Notes: generated by a model from the letters alone, not told the origin. 64,000 bases of DNA from Promethearchaeota archaeon (GCA_008080735.1 SHMW01000004.1:32001-96000); one strand, 5' to 3'; positions 29,068 through 39,628 are shown, counted from the stretch's first letter. Numbers and translations: made by a program.

Positions 29068-30203
29068 ACCTCCACCTTTTTAAACATATATACTATATAA
29101 GCTAATGCATCATATATAAGCGCAATAATTACTACAATCAACAATGAATAGATATCTACGGGCAATCCTTTCAACGTGATTTCCAATACCAATGGTATTG
29201 AATGATACAATGGGAACGAATAAATTATTGCTTGCATAAATACGGGCAAATTATCGGCACTAATAAACTGCCCTGAAAATATTAATATGACAATAAAAAA
29301 CATAATATATAACTGATTTGCTTGTTGATCGGTGCCACTTAGAGACGAAATAAATAGACCTATTGACACCCCAGAAAATCCAATGGCAAGCAGAACTAGA
29401 AATAATTCAAAGAGAGATCCAAGACTATAAAGCCCAAAGAGAGCTGTCGCAACAAAGATTTCCGCTACTTGTATGCTCATTATTGCTGAATTTGCGATAA
29501 GTTTACTTAATATAATTGACCTTTTTGAGGTTGGAGTAATCAGCATTCGAGGTAATGGTCCTTCAGAAACAATTGATAAGCAAGATAAATTCATCGTGGT
29601 TCCAATAATAATTAACGGAATAGTCAGCGCAAATGCGTAGTTCACGACCTGAGCCTCCCAGAATGGTACTTCAAATTCTAAATATGGTATGAAATATGTG
29701 AAATTGGCGGTTTTTCCAATTTTTATTCTAAATTGAGCGATTGGCTCGAACATGGTCACGTTTATAGCACTTACTGCATCTGAATCTGAGCCGTCTATAT
29801 AAAAAATTATTGGAATATCAGTATTATTCTCAACTGTTTCCGAAAAATTTTCGGGAAGGACTAAGAACACATCAATGACTTCATCTTTTAACCATTGGGT
29901 ATAAAATGATTTTGCTTCTTCATATTCTTCTGGATTAGTAACATTACGATAGCCCTTGAATCCAAAAGATGATAAATTACCTTCAAACACATTAATAAAA
30001 TCGTCCGCATATTGGGACGAATTTTCGGGGAAATTCTCATATGTGGGAATACTATCTTTTGAAATAATAGATACATTGAAGAATTCAGTAGGACCCCCTC
30101 CTGAGGTTAACCCGAATACTATAATTAAGATCAGTGGGATTGCAAATAAGAGAATTAGAGTACGCTTATCACTTCGTATTCTCCCAAACTCCTTTCTTAT
30201 CAA
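29064..30203 (-). CDS. ABC-2 type transporter permease
   Basis: RKEFGRIRSDKRTL, IDGSD, RMLITPTSKRSIILSK, FSGQFISADNLP. Confidence 0.9.
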   Translation of the reverse strand: MIRKEFGRIRSDKRTLILLFAIPLILIIVFGLTSGGGPTEFFNVSIISKDSIPTYENFPENSSQYADDFINVFEGNLSSFGFKGYRNVTNPEEYEEAKSFYTQWLKDEVIDVFLVLPENFSETVENNTDIPIIFYIDGSDSDAVSAINVTMFEPIAQFRIKIGKTANFTYFIPYLEFEVPFWEAQVVNYAFALTIPLIIIGTTMNLSCLSIVSEGPLPRMLITPTSKRSIILSKLIANSAIMSIQVAEIFVATALFGLYSLGSLFELFLVLLAIGFSGVSIGLFISSLSGTDQQANQLYIMFFIVILIFSGQFISADNLPVFMQAIIYSFPLYHSIPLVLEITLKGLPVDIYSLLIVVIIALIYDALAYIVYMFKKVEV

Positions 30204-30521
30204 TCCACTTAATTTAATTTTAAATACCTCTGATTTCGTTCTGCTGAAATTTTAAACTTATTCTGATAACAATTATAAAATAAACATAAAAATTTGTTTT
30301 AAAAAATCTATTTTTTTCGAAATTATTCAATTAGATTAGATAGATTAGATAGTCTTGTAATAAAAAGTTGATTCAGACATTACGATAAGATGAATATCTA
30401 ATTACAAAATTACTTGGGATGTTTAGATATTTATGAAGATTGAAGAAACCTATAAATATAAGTTAATCTGAATTAAAACCTAAAAGAGCGACTATTTGGA
30501 AGAAGAATTTTACTTAAGAAT

Positions 30522-31157
30522 ATGAGTTTATTAGAAGAATTAAAAAATAGTGTAATTGAGGGAGAACCTACAAAATCTGCCGAAATTGCAGATCAGATCG
30601 TAAAAAATAAGGGAAATATTCAGGAAGCGATAATCAAGGGACTGAATGCTGCTATGCTTGAAGTTAGCAGATTATATAAATCAAAGGAATATTATTTACC
30701 CGAAATAATAATTGCATCTGATGCATTGTATAGTGCGTTAGAGGTGTTTAAACCACATCTCGAAAAGGTTACATTAAAGAAGAAAGCTGTAGTGGTAATT
30801 GGTGTGGTGCGCGGAGATATTCATGATATTGGAAAAAACCTTACCAAGTTATTTTTGGAAGCCATGGGGTATGAAGTTATTGATTGTGGAAGAAATGTGA
30901 AAGCAGAGACCTTTATTGAGAAAATTCGCGAACATGATGCGGATATTCTCGCTCTTTCAACTCTTATGAATCCAACTCTAGAAAGCATCAGTGAACTTAT
31001 TGAAATTCTTAAAAAAGAGGGTATATACAGCAAATTAACGATATTGATTGGTGGTGCGGCTACGAACGAAGAATTTTCAAAAAAAATCGGGGTAACCTAT
31101 TGTAGAGAGGCTTTTGAAGCTATTGAGGTGTTAGATAGAAAATATGGGGGGAAATAA
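30522..31157 (+). CDS. corrinoid (cobalamin-binding) methyl-acceptor protein
   Basis: B12 cap domain YYLPEIIIAS, GDIHDIGKN, LSTLM, IGGAA. Confidence 0.92.
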   Translation: MSLLEELKNSVIEGEPTKSAEIADQIVKNKGNIQEAIIKGLNAAMLEVSRLYKSKEYYLPEIIIASDALYSALEVFKPHLEKVTLKKKAVVVIGVVRGDIHDIGKNLTKLFLEAMGYEVIDCGRNVKAETFIEKIREHDADILALSTLMNPTLESISELIEILKKEGIYSKLTILIGGAATNEEFSKKIGVTYCREAFEAIEVLDRKYGGK

Positions 31158-31160
31158 GAC

Positions 31161-32213
31161 ATGGAATCAATAACAGAAAAGTTAAATACGAACTTTTTTA
31201 AGGGTGTATTGGCGCAGGAGGGCTTTTCGGTTCCGGCTGTACCGATTATACTTGGCTATTCAATTTGGGCTTATTCCCATTATAAAAAAATTCCCGCAGA
31301 AAGAATTATGAGAAATGGAGAATTCCACGCCGCAGCACAATTATATGTTGCAAAAAAATATGAACTCCCGTTTGTGGTTACCTTCACAGATCTCAATCTT
31401 ATTGGAGAAGCATTGGGAGCCCAATTAACTTACTTGCCCGATGTGATTCCTGTTCATGAATCTCCTGCAATTCAAAATTTAGATGAGATAAATAACCTTT
31501 CTCCCGCTAATCCTGAAAAAGATGGAAGATTGCCCGTAATCGTGAAGACCGCCGAAATTTTCAGTGAAAAATTTAAAGCTGATGAACATATTTTAATGGC
31601 TGGATGTGAAGGTCCCGTCACTGCAAGTGGCTCGATTGTAGGGATGGAAAACTTAATGAGAAATATGATTAATCGACCCGAAAAAGTTCACAAGGTGTTA
31701 GATATCGCCTCTCAGAGTATAATCCGCTTTTTAAATGCCCAATTAAAACGAGGAATGGAATTTGTAACACTCGCGGATCCAAGTGCCTCTTGTACTTGTA
31801 TCTCTCCGGAATTCTTTAAGGAATTTGCGCGTCCGTATTATAAAAAGATTGTAAAACAGGTTAATTCCCCTATTTTTATGATTCATATCTGTGGAGAAGT
31901 CCTACCAATCTTAAAAGATCTAATAAGAATTCCAAAGATGATGATTATTAGCGTTGATGATGTCGATATGGCACAGGCTAAAAAAATAATTGGAAATAAA
32001 TTTGTCTTGTTAATGGGAAATGTTTCAACTTCAATCATGCGATACGGAACGGCTTCCCAAGTTGAAATGGAAGTTAGGCGAGTGATTAATAAAGCGGGAA
32101 AAGGGGGTAAACTTTTACTTAGTTCTGCGTGTGATTTATCACCAGGCACTCCCGAAAGAAACATTCTTACAATGATTAAGGCGGCAAAAAAATATGGTAC
32201 ATTTCCACTTTAA
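31161..32213 (+). CDS. MtaA/CmuA-like methylcobamide methyltransferase (UroD superfamily)
   Basis: EALGA, DGRLPVI, GPVT, ADPSAS, HICG and SSACDL Zn-ligand motifs; directly follows the corrinoid gene. Confidence 0.85.
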   Translation: MESITEKLNTNFFKGVLAQEGFSVPAVPIILGYSIWAYSHYKKIPAERIMRNGEFHAAAQLYVAKKYELPFVVTFTDLNLIGEALGAQLTYLPDVIPVHESPAIQNLDEINNLSPANPEKDGRLPVIVKTAEIFSEKFKADEHILMAGCEGPVTASGSIVGMENLMRNMINRPEKVHKVLDIASQSIIRFLNAQLKRGMEFVTLADPSASCTCISPEFFKEFARPYYKKIVKQVNSPIFMIHICGEVLPILKDLIRIPKMMIISVDDVDMAQAKKIIGNKFVLLMGNVSTSIMRYGTASQVEMEVRRVINKAGKGGKLLLSSACDLSPGTPERNILTMIKAAKKYGTFPL

Positions 32214-32227
32214 TTTCTAATGGGTGA

Positions 32228-33307
32228 TCAATCCAAATATTCTTTCCAAGCGAGCTCAAATGCTTCCCGCATTGGTAAAAACCCCACTTCGGACACCACT
32301 GAAGAATAAAAATCGGGTTTGGTCGTATCAAAAGCACTAAATCCCGTTTCCAGTAGTCTTCTGGAAGTTCCATTATTCTCTACCTTTTTATCTAAATTAG
32401 ATTCTAAATCTATTCCTAAATGGTTAAACAATATTTTTTCTTCAACTTTTCTGCGTTCTACTTTTACAAGCCCTCCTAATAAAGTGTTTCGAGCATACTT
32501 GTAGGTCGCGCCAAGGAAGTATACAGGTAAATCTTTTGTTTTAGCAAGAGTCGCGATCATACGAGTCCCCATCTTATTTAAGACTACTCCATCAGCGGAT
32601 ACAGCATCGATTCCGAACATAAATAGATTGATCTTACGAAATTCAAATCCAAATTGACTAAGATTTATTAATTTCACCGGAATTCCCTCTTGAATCAATT
32701 GATACGCCGTAAGAACTCCTTGTTGTTCTGGTTCGGTTTTATCTACGATAACTTGGCTTATATAATCGCGAGCTTCTATGATTGCTTTTCTCACGACACC
32801 AGAATGACAGTGAGTGCCGATGATCAGTTTATCCAGTTCATAAGATTCGACACGGTCTATAATCCGGTTTTTAAAAATCGATGCGATTTTATCCTCTGAT
32901 GCATCATAATTTTCTTGATGAAATATGATTTCCTTTTCTAAAATTGACTTAGCTTCACTCACAGTCGCAATAGTAAATTTTTCAAGCCGTTTTCTAATAA
33001 AAAATGCGGTATTTAAAGGAACTTGACTCGTTAACCGAACAGTTAACAAAAAATCAATGATAATATTAATATTGGTTAAAAATTGTTCTAGGTTTTTTTC
33101 GGGCACACTTGTTTTTTTACAATATGTTAAGAGCGCATCAAGCATTCCTCGGGCATTTCCAGTGGCTCCTTGATATTTCTGATTTTCTGGAATCATAAAT
33201 TTCTTAATTTGAAAACCGATCTCTTCTACAAATTTAGGATATGGTTCATTATAACCATACTGTTTATTAGTTTTTTCCCATGCTGCTTTAAATTCGTTTA
33301 CATTCAT
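32228..33307 (-). CDS. ribose-1,5-bisphosphate isomerase / eIF-2B alpha-beta-delta family protein
   Basis: QGATGNAR, THCHSGVV, TEPEQQG, GIDAVSADGVVLNKMGT, AFDTT..VVSEVG. Confidence 0.8.
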   Translation of the reverse strand: MNVNEFKAAWEKTNKQYGYNEPYPKFVEEIGFQIKKFMIPENQKYQGATGNARGMLDALLTYCKKTSVPEKNLEQFLTNINIIIDFLLTVRLTSQVPLNTAFFIRKRLEKFTIATVSEAKSILEKEIIFHQENYDASEDKIASIFKNRIIDRVESYELDKLIIGTHCHSGVVRKAIIEARDYISQVIVDKTEPEQQGVLTAYQLIQEGIPVKLINLSQFGFEFRKINLFMFGIDAVSADGVVLNKMGTRMIATLAKTKDLPVYFLGATYKYARNTLLGGLVKVERRKVEEKILFNHLGIDLESNLDKKVENNGTSRRLLETGFSAFDTTKPDFYSSVVSEVGFLPMREAFELAWKEYLD

Positions 33308-33469
33308 ATAAATTCACGATTAAATGTTTTGTTACTAACTATTTTAATTTTAATATATTATATATTCATAATTATCTTACTATGGATTTCTTTTTATCTT
33401 TTCCTTGAAAATCAGAAGTAAATCAATCAAATAAGCTTTATCACCATAATCTATATATTTTCTTCTCTT

Positions 33470-33492
33470 AAAAAAATGGACTCCATTTTTTT
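33470..33492. promoter_or_regulatory. perfect inverted repeat in a divergent intergenic region (possible regulator site)
   Basis: AAAAAAATGGA-C-TCCATTTTTTT. Confidence 0.3.
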
Positions 33493-33558
33493 TTAAACCT
33501 AGTAATGGTTATTGTTGATTAAGATAAAAAAAATATTAGTAAAAGTGAGATATAAAAA

Positions 33559-34026
33559 ATGTCAAGTATCTTGGATTATAGTTTGGAAATGGAAAATTTT
33601 CCCACCTGGACAGAAATCGTTGAATGGTTTTTGGCTCTTCCCATTCATTTTCAAGTTCTCCTAGTTATCGGGATCTTCTTGATCATTGCTGGGTCCTTAG
33701 TGCTGGTATATTATATTCTTAAAGGATTGTTTTATCTCCTAAAGGCTGTCGCTAAAGGATTAAAGAAACTTTTTACAAATCTCTACTATGCAATATCAGG
33801 AAAAACACGACCAGGAGAACCTGTTTATGTGAGTCAATATCCTCCATCAAGTAAAAGTCATCAACCTTCAGAACAATCTTTATCACCAAAAATACCGAGA
33901 CAATCTGGTGGGATTCAATTTTGCACTGAATGCGGTAATAAAATTACAAAGAAAATGCAAAATAAACTCAACGAGACCGGTGTGGTTTATTGTGTGTTTT
34001 GTGGGAGTGAAATTATTAAAGAATAA
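33559..34026 (+). CDS. membrane-anchored zinc-ribbon protein
   Basis: N-terminal TM helix, C-terminal FCTECG..YCVFCG. Confidence 0.75.
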   Translation: MSSILDYSLEMENFPTWTEIVEWFLALPIHFQVLLVIGIFLIIAGSLVLVYYILKGLFYLLKAVAKGLKKLFTNLYYAISGKTRPGEPVYVSQYPPSSKSHQPSEQSLSPKIPRQSGGIQFCTECGNKITKKMQNKLNETGVVYCVFCGSEIIKE

Positions 34027-34134
34027 ACTTTTGTTTTCTTTTCTTTTTTAAAGTATCATTATAATTCAAAAATAGTGATTTTCTGCTATTATAGTTATGT
34101 AAGCGCTTAAGCGCGTTTAATTTGTTCTTTTTCT

Positions 34135-34545
34135 CTAAACGAGATTTTCCATAATTTCTTGGCAAGATAAAATGAAATCATACATATAATTGAGGAGGAA
34201 ATTACTCCATAGAGAATCTTTATACCATCCTATTTTTCCCAATCTATCCATTTTTAGCAATGCAGTTTCTTTTGATATTAGTCCTTTAGATTTATATTGT
34301 AAAATGAATGAAAGAGTGGAAAAATACTTGACATCCAGAATTCTAAATACTTTAAGTGTCCTAAAGTCATCAGTTCATAATAAATCTCCTTTATTTTCTA
34401 CATATAAACGTATCGCTTCAGCTTCTCCATCATGTATATTAAAATTATTCATAAGGTTTAAACCTAACTTGATCATACGTTTTAAAAGCCAGCGCGGTGC
34501 CTTTGAACTATGGAGAGAAAGAGTTGCTATTCCAACTTTACTCAT
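34135..34545 (-). pseudogene. chimeric pseudogene: DUF763-like N-terminus joined to a PIN/VapC C-terminal half
   Basis: MSKVGIATLSLHSSKAPRWLLKRMIKLG then IHDGEAEAIRLY..LL*TDD..KGLISKETAL; TGA at 34375-34377. Confidence 0.6.
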
Positions 34546-34650
34546 AAAAAATAATTTTTATTTGTTTTTATTCTATCATCCTCTTTGCAGACTTTAAAAG
34601 AGAAGATAGTGCCAATTTTCTAAAAGATAAAAAAAATTGTATTAAAAATT

Positions 34651-35511
34651 CTATTCAATTTTGATGGTTCTTGGGCTAGTATCAATATCTAATTTTTTGT
34701 AATAAGAATCCATTCTCTTATTATAGCTTGGAGCTCTCGCTTCAACAAAAAGAGAAATTGGAACGAAAGTGAAGATTATTACAATTGGATCGATAAAAAC
34801 TATAAATATAGTTGAGAAATCACTGGTTGTTGTGAAATATTGATATAAAATTAAGCTATAGCTGATCACAGTAGAAATTCCTACAAATCCTTTCAATAAT
34901 TTTTTATAAAATCTTCCAACACTTTCGATATCGGGTGCAACGGGACGATTATATTCTTCGATCTTTTTAGCACACATTAAACCTGAAGAATCGAGCATCC
35001 ATAGAGGGATTATGATTAAAGAGGCGACAGGAGCGCCAATAATGATTGAAATCCATTCTATCACGACAGGTAAATCTTGAGCTCCTCCGCCATCAACAAC
35101 AAATAAATGATTTAATGTCCCATATAGAGTTAAATATATCGCAATATTTACAGCTAATAATCCAGGGAATATAGAACGTAAGAGAATCGTCCTTCCGGGC
35201 ATTTTTTTTTCATAAGAGATTTTGAAATATTCATATTTATTCAATCGGACTAATCTGTGTAGAAATATAAAAAATAGATTCATCAGTGGTCCAATTAGAA
35301 GGGAAATAAACATAAAAATAAACGGTATCATGATAGAAATTAGTAAATCCGTGAAAGCTCCCCCAGGTATTAATGGAATGATATCACCACTATTAATACC
35401 ACCTCCCAATATTAATGGTAAACCAAATTGAAGAAATATGACTAAAACGATTAAAATCACTGAAACTATTAATGGAATCTGAAAGCGTTTTTCCATATTT
35501 TTTCCTCTCAT
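34651..35511 (-). CDS. hypothetical multi-pass membrane protein
   Basis: About 6 TM segments, PLWMLDSSGL, PDIESVGRFY. Confidence 0.7.
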   Translation of the reverse strand: MRGKNMEKRFQIPLIVSVILIVLVIFLQFGLPLILGGGINSGDIIPLIPGGAFTDLLISIMIPFIFMFISLLIGPLMNLFFIFLHRLVRLNKYEYFKISYEKKMPGRTILLRSIFPGLLAVNIAIYLTLYGTLNHLFVVDGGGAQDLPVVIEWISIIIGAPVASLIIIPLWMLDSSGLMCAKKIEEYNRPVAPDIESVGRFYKKLLKGFVGISTVISYSLILYQYFTTTSDFSTIFIVFIDPIVIIFTFVPISLFVEARAPSYNKRMDSYYKKLDIDTSPRTIKIE

Positions 35512-35797
35512 TATTTATAAATATAATATAAATTCCACCTCAAAGTATATAAATTTTTTCACTTCTCAATTTAGCTTTACAATTTTTTGTTTTTCATAAC
35601 GAATGATATGGTAAATTTTTTAGCGAATTAGTAACACCTAATGGAATATATAAACTAAATATCTAAACCAAATGAAAAGCTAAGCCTTTGAAAATAAAAA
35701 TTTTAAAATTCAATTAAATTTAAAAATTCGTACTTTTACCTTTACTTAACAAGGATTTTGGATTTGAATTTCAAATTTTCCGTAGTTTTGATCTGTA

Positions 35798-37141
35798 ATG
35801 CTTGAGGAGATTTATTTAGATTTAATACTTGCAGTAATATCCTTAATAACTGCAAGTTTGTTTGTTTTTATGTATAATAAGCGAGCGTATCCAAAATTAT
35901 GGATAGTAACTGCCATAACCCTTGCTATAGGTTCATTTGTTTTTTTATTTCGTCATATTGATCAAGACTATCGGATTTTCGGAAACATTTTTTACCTATT
36001 AACAACCTTATTTTTAGGTTTTTCCATAATATTTGAATATTTTCAAAAAATTATATCAAACGAGAAAATCAAATCAAAATTGTATTTAATCTTATCCATT
36101 TTGATTTCAAATTTCTTGATTATAATCATCCTGGGTATCTTTCAAGTCTCTCTAATAAATGTCATCCAAATCTCTGTGATGTTCTTTTTATTTCTCATTG
36201 CGTTTATTATGATTCGGTTATATAACAAGGAAAAATCCATAACTCATATTTTAATGCTATTTACAGTGATCTTTTCCTTTTTAACTTTATTTTTCTCTGT
36301 TCTTCATAATTATAATCTGGAATTGTGTTGGGAGTTCGCTTATATCATGAAAGTTATGCTCTACGCAACCTTATTATTAACAGCCACATCAGCGCCAATT
36401 GAGAATAGAAGAAAGGAGATTGAAAAAAGATTTTGGGAATCATTCAGTCGAGCTGAATTCTACAAGGATGTATTTATACATGATATCAATAATATGCTCC
36501 AAATAATTTTATCTGCGATACAAATACTCTTAATAAAGAATCCTAACCTAAATAAGGAGAGAGAACAGGATTATCTCAAAATGATTAAAAATCAAGTATA
36601 TAGAGGTTCAAAATTAATTGAAAATCTTAGAATGCTTTCATATCTTGAAAAAAAAGAATTCTTTTTGAAAAATTTGGAAATCGTTTCAAAATTAAAGTAT
36701 GTGTTAAACCAAATTAGAGACTATTATAAAGATAAAAATATTGATATTCAAATTGAAACATATGCCAAATCAATTTATATACATGCGAATGAGTTAATAA
36801 AGGAGGTTTTCCATAATCTACTAACGAATGCAATAGAACATAATGATAATAAAGAGATTTTTATATCCGTTCGAATTAAAAGAGCACAACAGATTAACCA
36901 AAATTTTCTAAGAATAGAAATAGAAGATAACGGAAAAGGGATTGAAGATTCCAGAAAGAAATCAATCTTCTCTCGAGCTTTTAAAATAGATAATGATTTG
37001 AGGGGTTTAGGTCTAGGATTATCTCTTGTCAACAAAATTCTAAATATCTTTAATGGAAAAATTTGGGTTGAAGATCGAGTGGAAGGTGATTATTCTCAAG
37101 GAAGCAAATTTATAATGCTTATTCCTCAAATCGAAAAATAA
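35798..37141 (+). CDS. membrane-bound sensor histidine kinase
   Basis: Multi-TM N-terminus, FIHDINNMLQ, NLLTNAIEH, EDNGKGI, GLGLGL. Confidence 0.92.
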   Translation: MLEEIYLDLILAVISLITASLFVFMYNKRAYPKLWIVTAITLAIGSFVFLFRHIDQDYRIFGNIFYLLTTLFLGFSIIFEYFQKIISNEKIKSKLYLILSILISNFLIIIILGIFQVSLINVIQISVMFFLFLIAFIMIRLYNKEKSITHILMLFTVIFSFLTLFFSVLHNYNLELCWEFAYIMKVMLYATLLLTATSAPIENRRKEIEKRFWESFSRAEFYKDVFIHDINNMLQIILSAIQILLIKNPNLNKEREQDYLKMIKNQVYRGSKLIENLRMLSYLEKKEFFLKNLEIVSKLKYVLNQIRDYYKDKNIDIQIETYAKSIYIHANELIKEVFHNLLTNAIEHNDNKEIFISVRIKRAQQINQNFLRIEIEDNGKGIEDSRKKSIFSRAFKIDNDLRGLGLGLSLVNKILNIFNGKIWVEDRVEGDYSQGSKFIMLIPQIEK

Positions 37142-37179
37142 AATTGGTTTATCCACTTGTGCTGGAATGTTAATATAAT

Positions 37180-37761
37180 TTAAAATTCAATTCCCTTTCT
37201 TGCTTCTACACCCTCTTCATATGGGTGTCTGTAACAATTGTATCCGATTGAATAATCCGCAATATTCACTAATTTTTTATAATACATTGCACCGGTAATG
37301 ATAACTTCTATATGATTGGGTTTTTGTTTCAATAAAGTGATAAGTTCATCCATGTCTATTAAATTCAATGATATGGCATTGATTATTTCATCAAGACCTA
37401 CTATATCATATTTACCTGAATAAATTATCTTTTGGGCAAATTCAAATCCTTTTTCTGCCAATTTAATATCTTTATCTGATTTGCTTTTGCCACTGTTTAT
37501 AAAATCACCTGTTCCAAATTGCTTAATTTCAATAAAGGGTTGGAGAAAATGGATCTCACCCATGAAATACCCCTTTCTCCCATCTTCTCCATTATTATGA
37601 GACTTTAGATATTGAATTAAAATTGGTTTTAGACCATGTCCTAACCCTCTTATTATAGAACCGATAAGAGTTGTGGTTTTTCCTTTTCCATTTCCGAAAT
37701 AATAGTGAATTAAACCTCGATTTAAGCGATAGCTTGATTTCTTAGCGGTTGATTTTTCCAT
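37180..37761 (-). CDS. cobO: cob(I)yrinic acid a,c-diamide adenosyltransferase (CobA/CobO/BtuR)
   Basis: GLIHYYFGNGKGKTT, YDIVGLDEI, EVIITG, HPYEEGVEARKGIEF. Confidence 0.9.
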   Translation of the reverse strand: MEKSTAKKSSYRLNRGLIHYYFGNGKGKTTTLIGSIIRGLGHGLKPILIQYLKSHNNGEDGRKGYFMGEIHFLQPFIEIKQFGTGDFINSGKSKSDKDIKLAEKGFEFAQKIIYSGKYDIVGLDEIINAISLNLIDMDELITLLKQKPNHIEVIITGAMYYKKLVNIADYSIGYNCYRHPYEEGVEARKGIEF

Positions 37762-38051
37762 TTTTTATTGCATAATTTTTCCGTTTCTATTCTTTTCACT
37801 ATACATGAATAAGGTAATATACACATTTAAATCTCTAGGATAAGTTTCCTATTTTATTAATCGCATAATATTACTACCTAAACATCAATCTCTAATAGAT
37901 AAAAAATTATACCAATACTATTAAAAAACTAAAGAGATCGTTCTAAAATAATTTCCAATGAAAAATATGATAAGAGAGGTTCTAAGTAGAAAATTTTATT
38001 AAATCCTAATTCTTAAAAATAGTATCTAAAATTTCCCTAATTCCATGGATT

Positions 38052-39110
38052 TTGACCGAATTTCCGAATTTCGACGATGTGGGCAGTTTTCCTCTTCCAG
38101 AAAATATAGATAAAGACATATTTGCTAATTTTTATTGGAAAGCGTATTCCGCCATAACCAATAATATTGACGTTTTTTCTCATAGAGGGATATTGAGTAA
38201 TGTCATTGAACCAATCTATTCCTCTTTCAGAAAGAAATTAAATGCCGGAGTAGAGGTTATCAATTATCCACAGCATATGAATATGTACGATCAGTTTTTA
38301 AAACCCCTCGAAGAATATAAAAAGACATTAGGCTTAATAGAAAAAGAAAAGGCTATTATCCCAGAGATCAATTATATTGAAAAATTCGCTAAAGAAAACT
38401 ATGAAAAAACACAAGAACCGTTGGACATTAAAATTTGTGTTAGTGGCCCAATAGAATTATACATTAAACGTCACTCCTTCACCATTTATGAAGATATGGC
38501 TCTTAATTATGCGAAATCAATTAATCACTTCATCAAAAATAGTCTCCGTTCTAATAAATGCATAAAAACGTCAACAATTTCAATAGATGAGCCTTCCTTT
38601 GGATATGTAGATTTAGTAAATGTTGAGGATGATACTCTCATTAGGATATTTGACAAGTGCTTGGAAAATATCGATTGCGTTAGTCAAATCCATCTTCATA
38701 CTCTAAACCGTTCCAATGTCCCCCTTCAGACTGAAAATATCGATGTACTGACATGTGAGTACGCTTCTGATCACTCAAATCTGATTCCAAAAAATTTATT
38801 GGATGAGTATGATAAATATATACGGGTGGGAATTACAAGAACAGATATTAATGGGATAATGGCGGAGAAACTAGATCGGGGCGTGTCCCATGATGAATTA
38901 AAAACTTACAATGGCTTATTGAGCTTAATAGATTCGGAGGAACAAATCGAAGAAAACTTGAAAGTTGCGCTTAATCATTATAAAGACCGACTAAGATTCA
39001 TAGGGCCTGATTGTGGATTATCTGGGTGGACACCTCCTCAATTAGCATTTGAATTGCTTAGTAGAACCGCACGAGTAATACATAAAGTTCAAAACTCTTA
39101 TAACGCGTGA
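38052..39110 (+). CDS. MetE catalytic-domain-only (core) methionine synthase-like protein
   Basis: DVGSFPLP, SGPIEL, SIDEPSFG, IHLH, GPDCGLSGW; TTG start. Confidence 0.7.
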   Translation: MTEFPNFDDVGSFPLPENIDKDIFANFYWKAYSAITNNIDVFSHRGILSNVIEPIYSSFRKKLNAGVEVINYPQHMNMYDQFLKPLEEYKKTLGLIEKEKAIIPEINYIEKFAKENYEKTQEPLDIKICVSGPIELYIKRHSFTIYEDMALNYAKSINHFIKNSLRSNKCIKTSTISIDEPSFGYVDLVNVEDDTLIRIFDKCLENIDCVSQIHLHTLNRSNVPLQTENIDVLTCEYASDHSNLIPKNLLDEYDKYIRVGITRTDINGIMAEKLDRGVSHDELKTYNGLLSLIDSEEQIEENLKVALNHYKDRLRFIGPDCGLSGWTPPQLAFELLSRTARVIHKVQNSYNA

Positions 39111-39286
39111 TACTATTAATAAAATATAGTAAAGTTTTCATAAAGCGATACTTCATAGCTTAGAATAACAAAAAAACTTCCAAAATTATTCTCTCTATAA
39201 TTTAAATTTAAAAACTCCACCTAATATGTTTTATTATTATAATTCAAAGTGAAATTCTTTTTTTTTCAATAAACATTTAAAAAATT

Positions 39287-39628
39287 ATGAAAGATAACCA
39301 ATCAATTCATTTGACGATCGATGCATTTCGAGACCTTTTAGAGGATATATTCCAGATCTCTACGAGTGAGGAGGAGGTTAAGAAAATATTCTCAAAAAAA
39401 TATAAACATGAAATTGAGAAAAGAGTTGATTACTATTTCGATCACGAGGTTAACGATTTATACAGCGAGAAAGATTTATACACTATGAAAGATGGCGTGA
39501 AATATTTATTGGAAAAAGTTCGTAATTCTAGAAAAATTATGAAAGCACTTTTTTATGCTACGCTATTTAACGATGATGAAATCCTTCTCGAAAATGAAAT
39601 GGCAGACATTATGGACAAACTCTTATAA
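39287..39628 (+). CDS. hypothetical protein
   Basis: 113-aa acidic ORF. Confidence 0.55.
   Translation: MKDNQSIHLTIDAFRDLLEDIFQISTSEEEVKKIFSKKYKHEIEKRVDYYFDHEVNDLYSEKDLYTMKDGVKYLLEKVRNSRKIMKALFYATLFNDDEILLENEMADIMDKLL

Noticed and set aside
32345-32368. CCAG...CTGG-AAA hairpin in the isomerase gene resembling the 30-nt intron ends
   Set aside because: Canonical cuts would remove 11 nt and destroy the conserved downstream frame (AFDTT..SEVG).
34103-34114. Palindrome GCGCTTAAGCGC between convergent genes
   Set aside because: Single 12-bp occurrence with no supporting context.
10553-34377. In-frame TGA codons (10553, 11367, 34375) as selenocysteine
   Set aside because: Where an alignment is possible they fall at Trp or other non-Cys positions, the genes look decayed, and I recognised no SECIS-like element.
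36565-36585. TTATCTCAA motif in the histidine kinase gene
   Set aside because: No flanking stem or BHB, and the protein shows no insertion; chance match.
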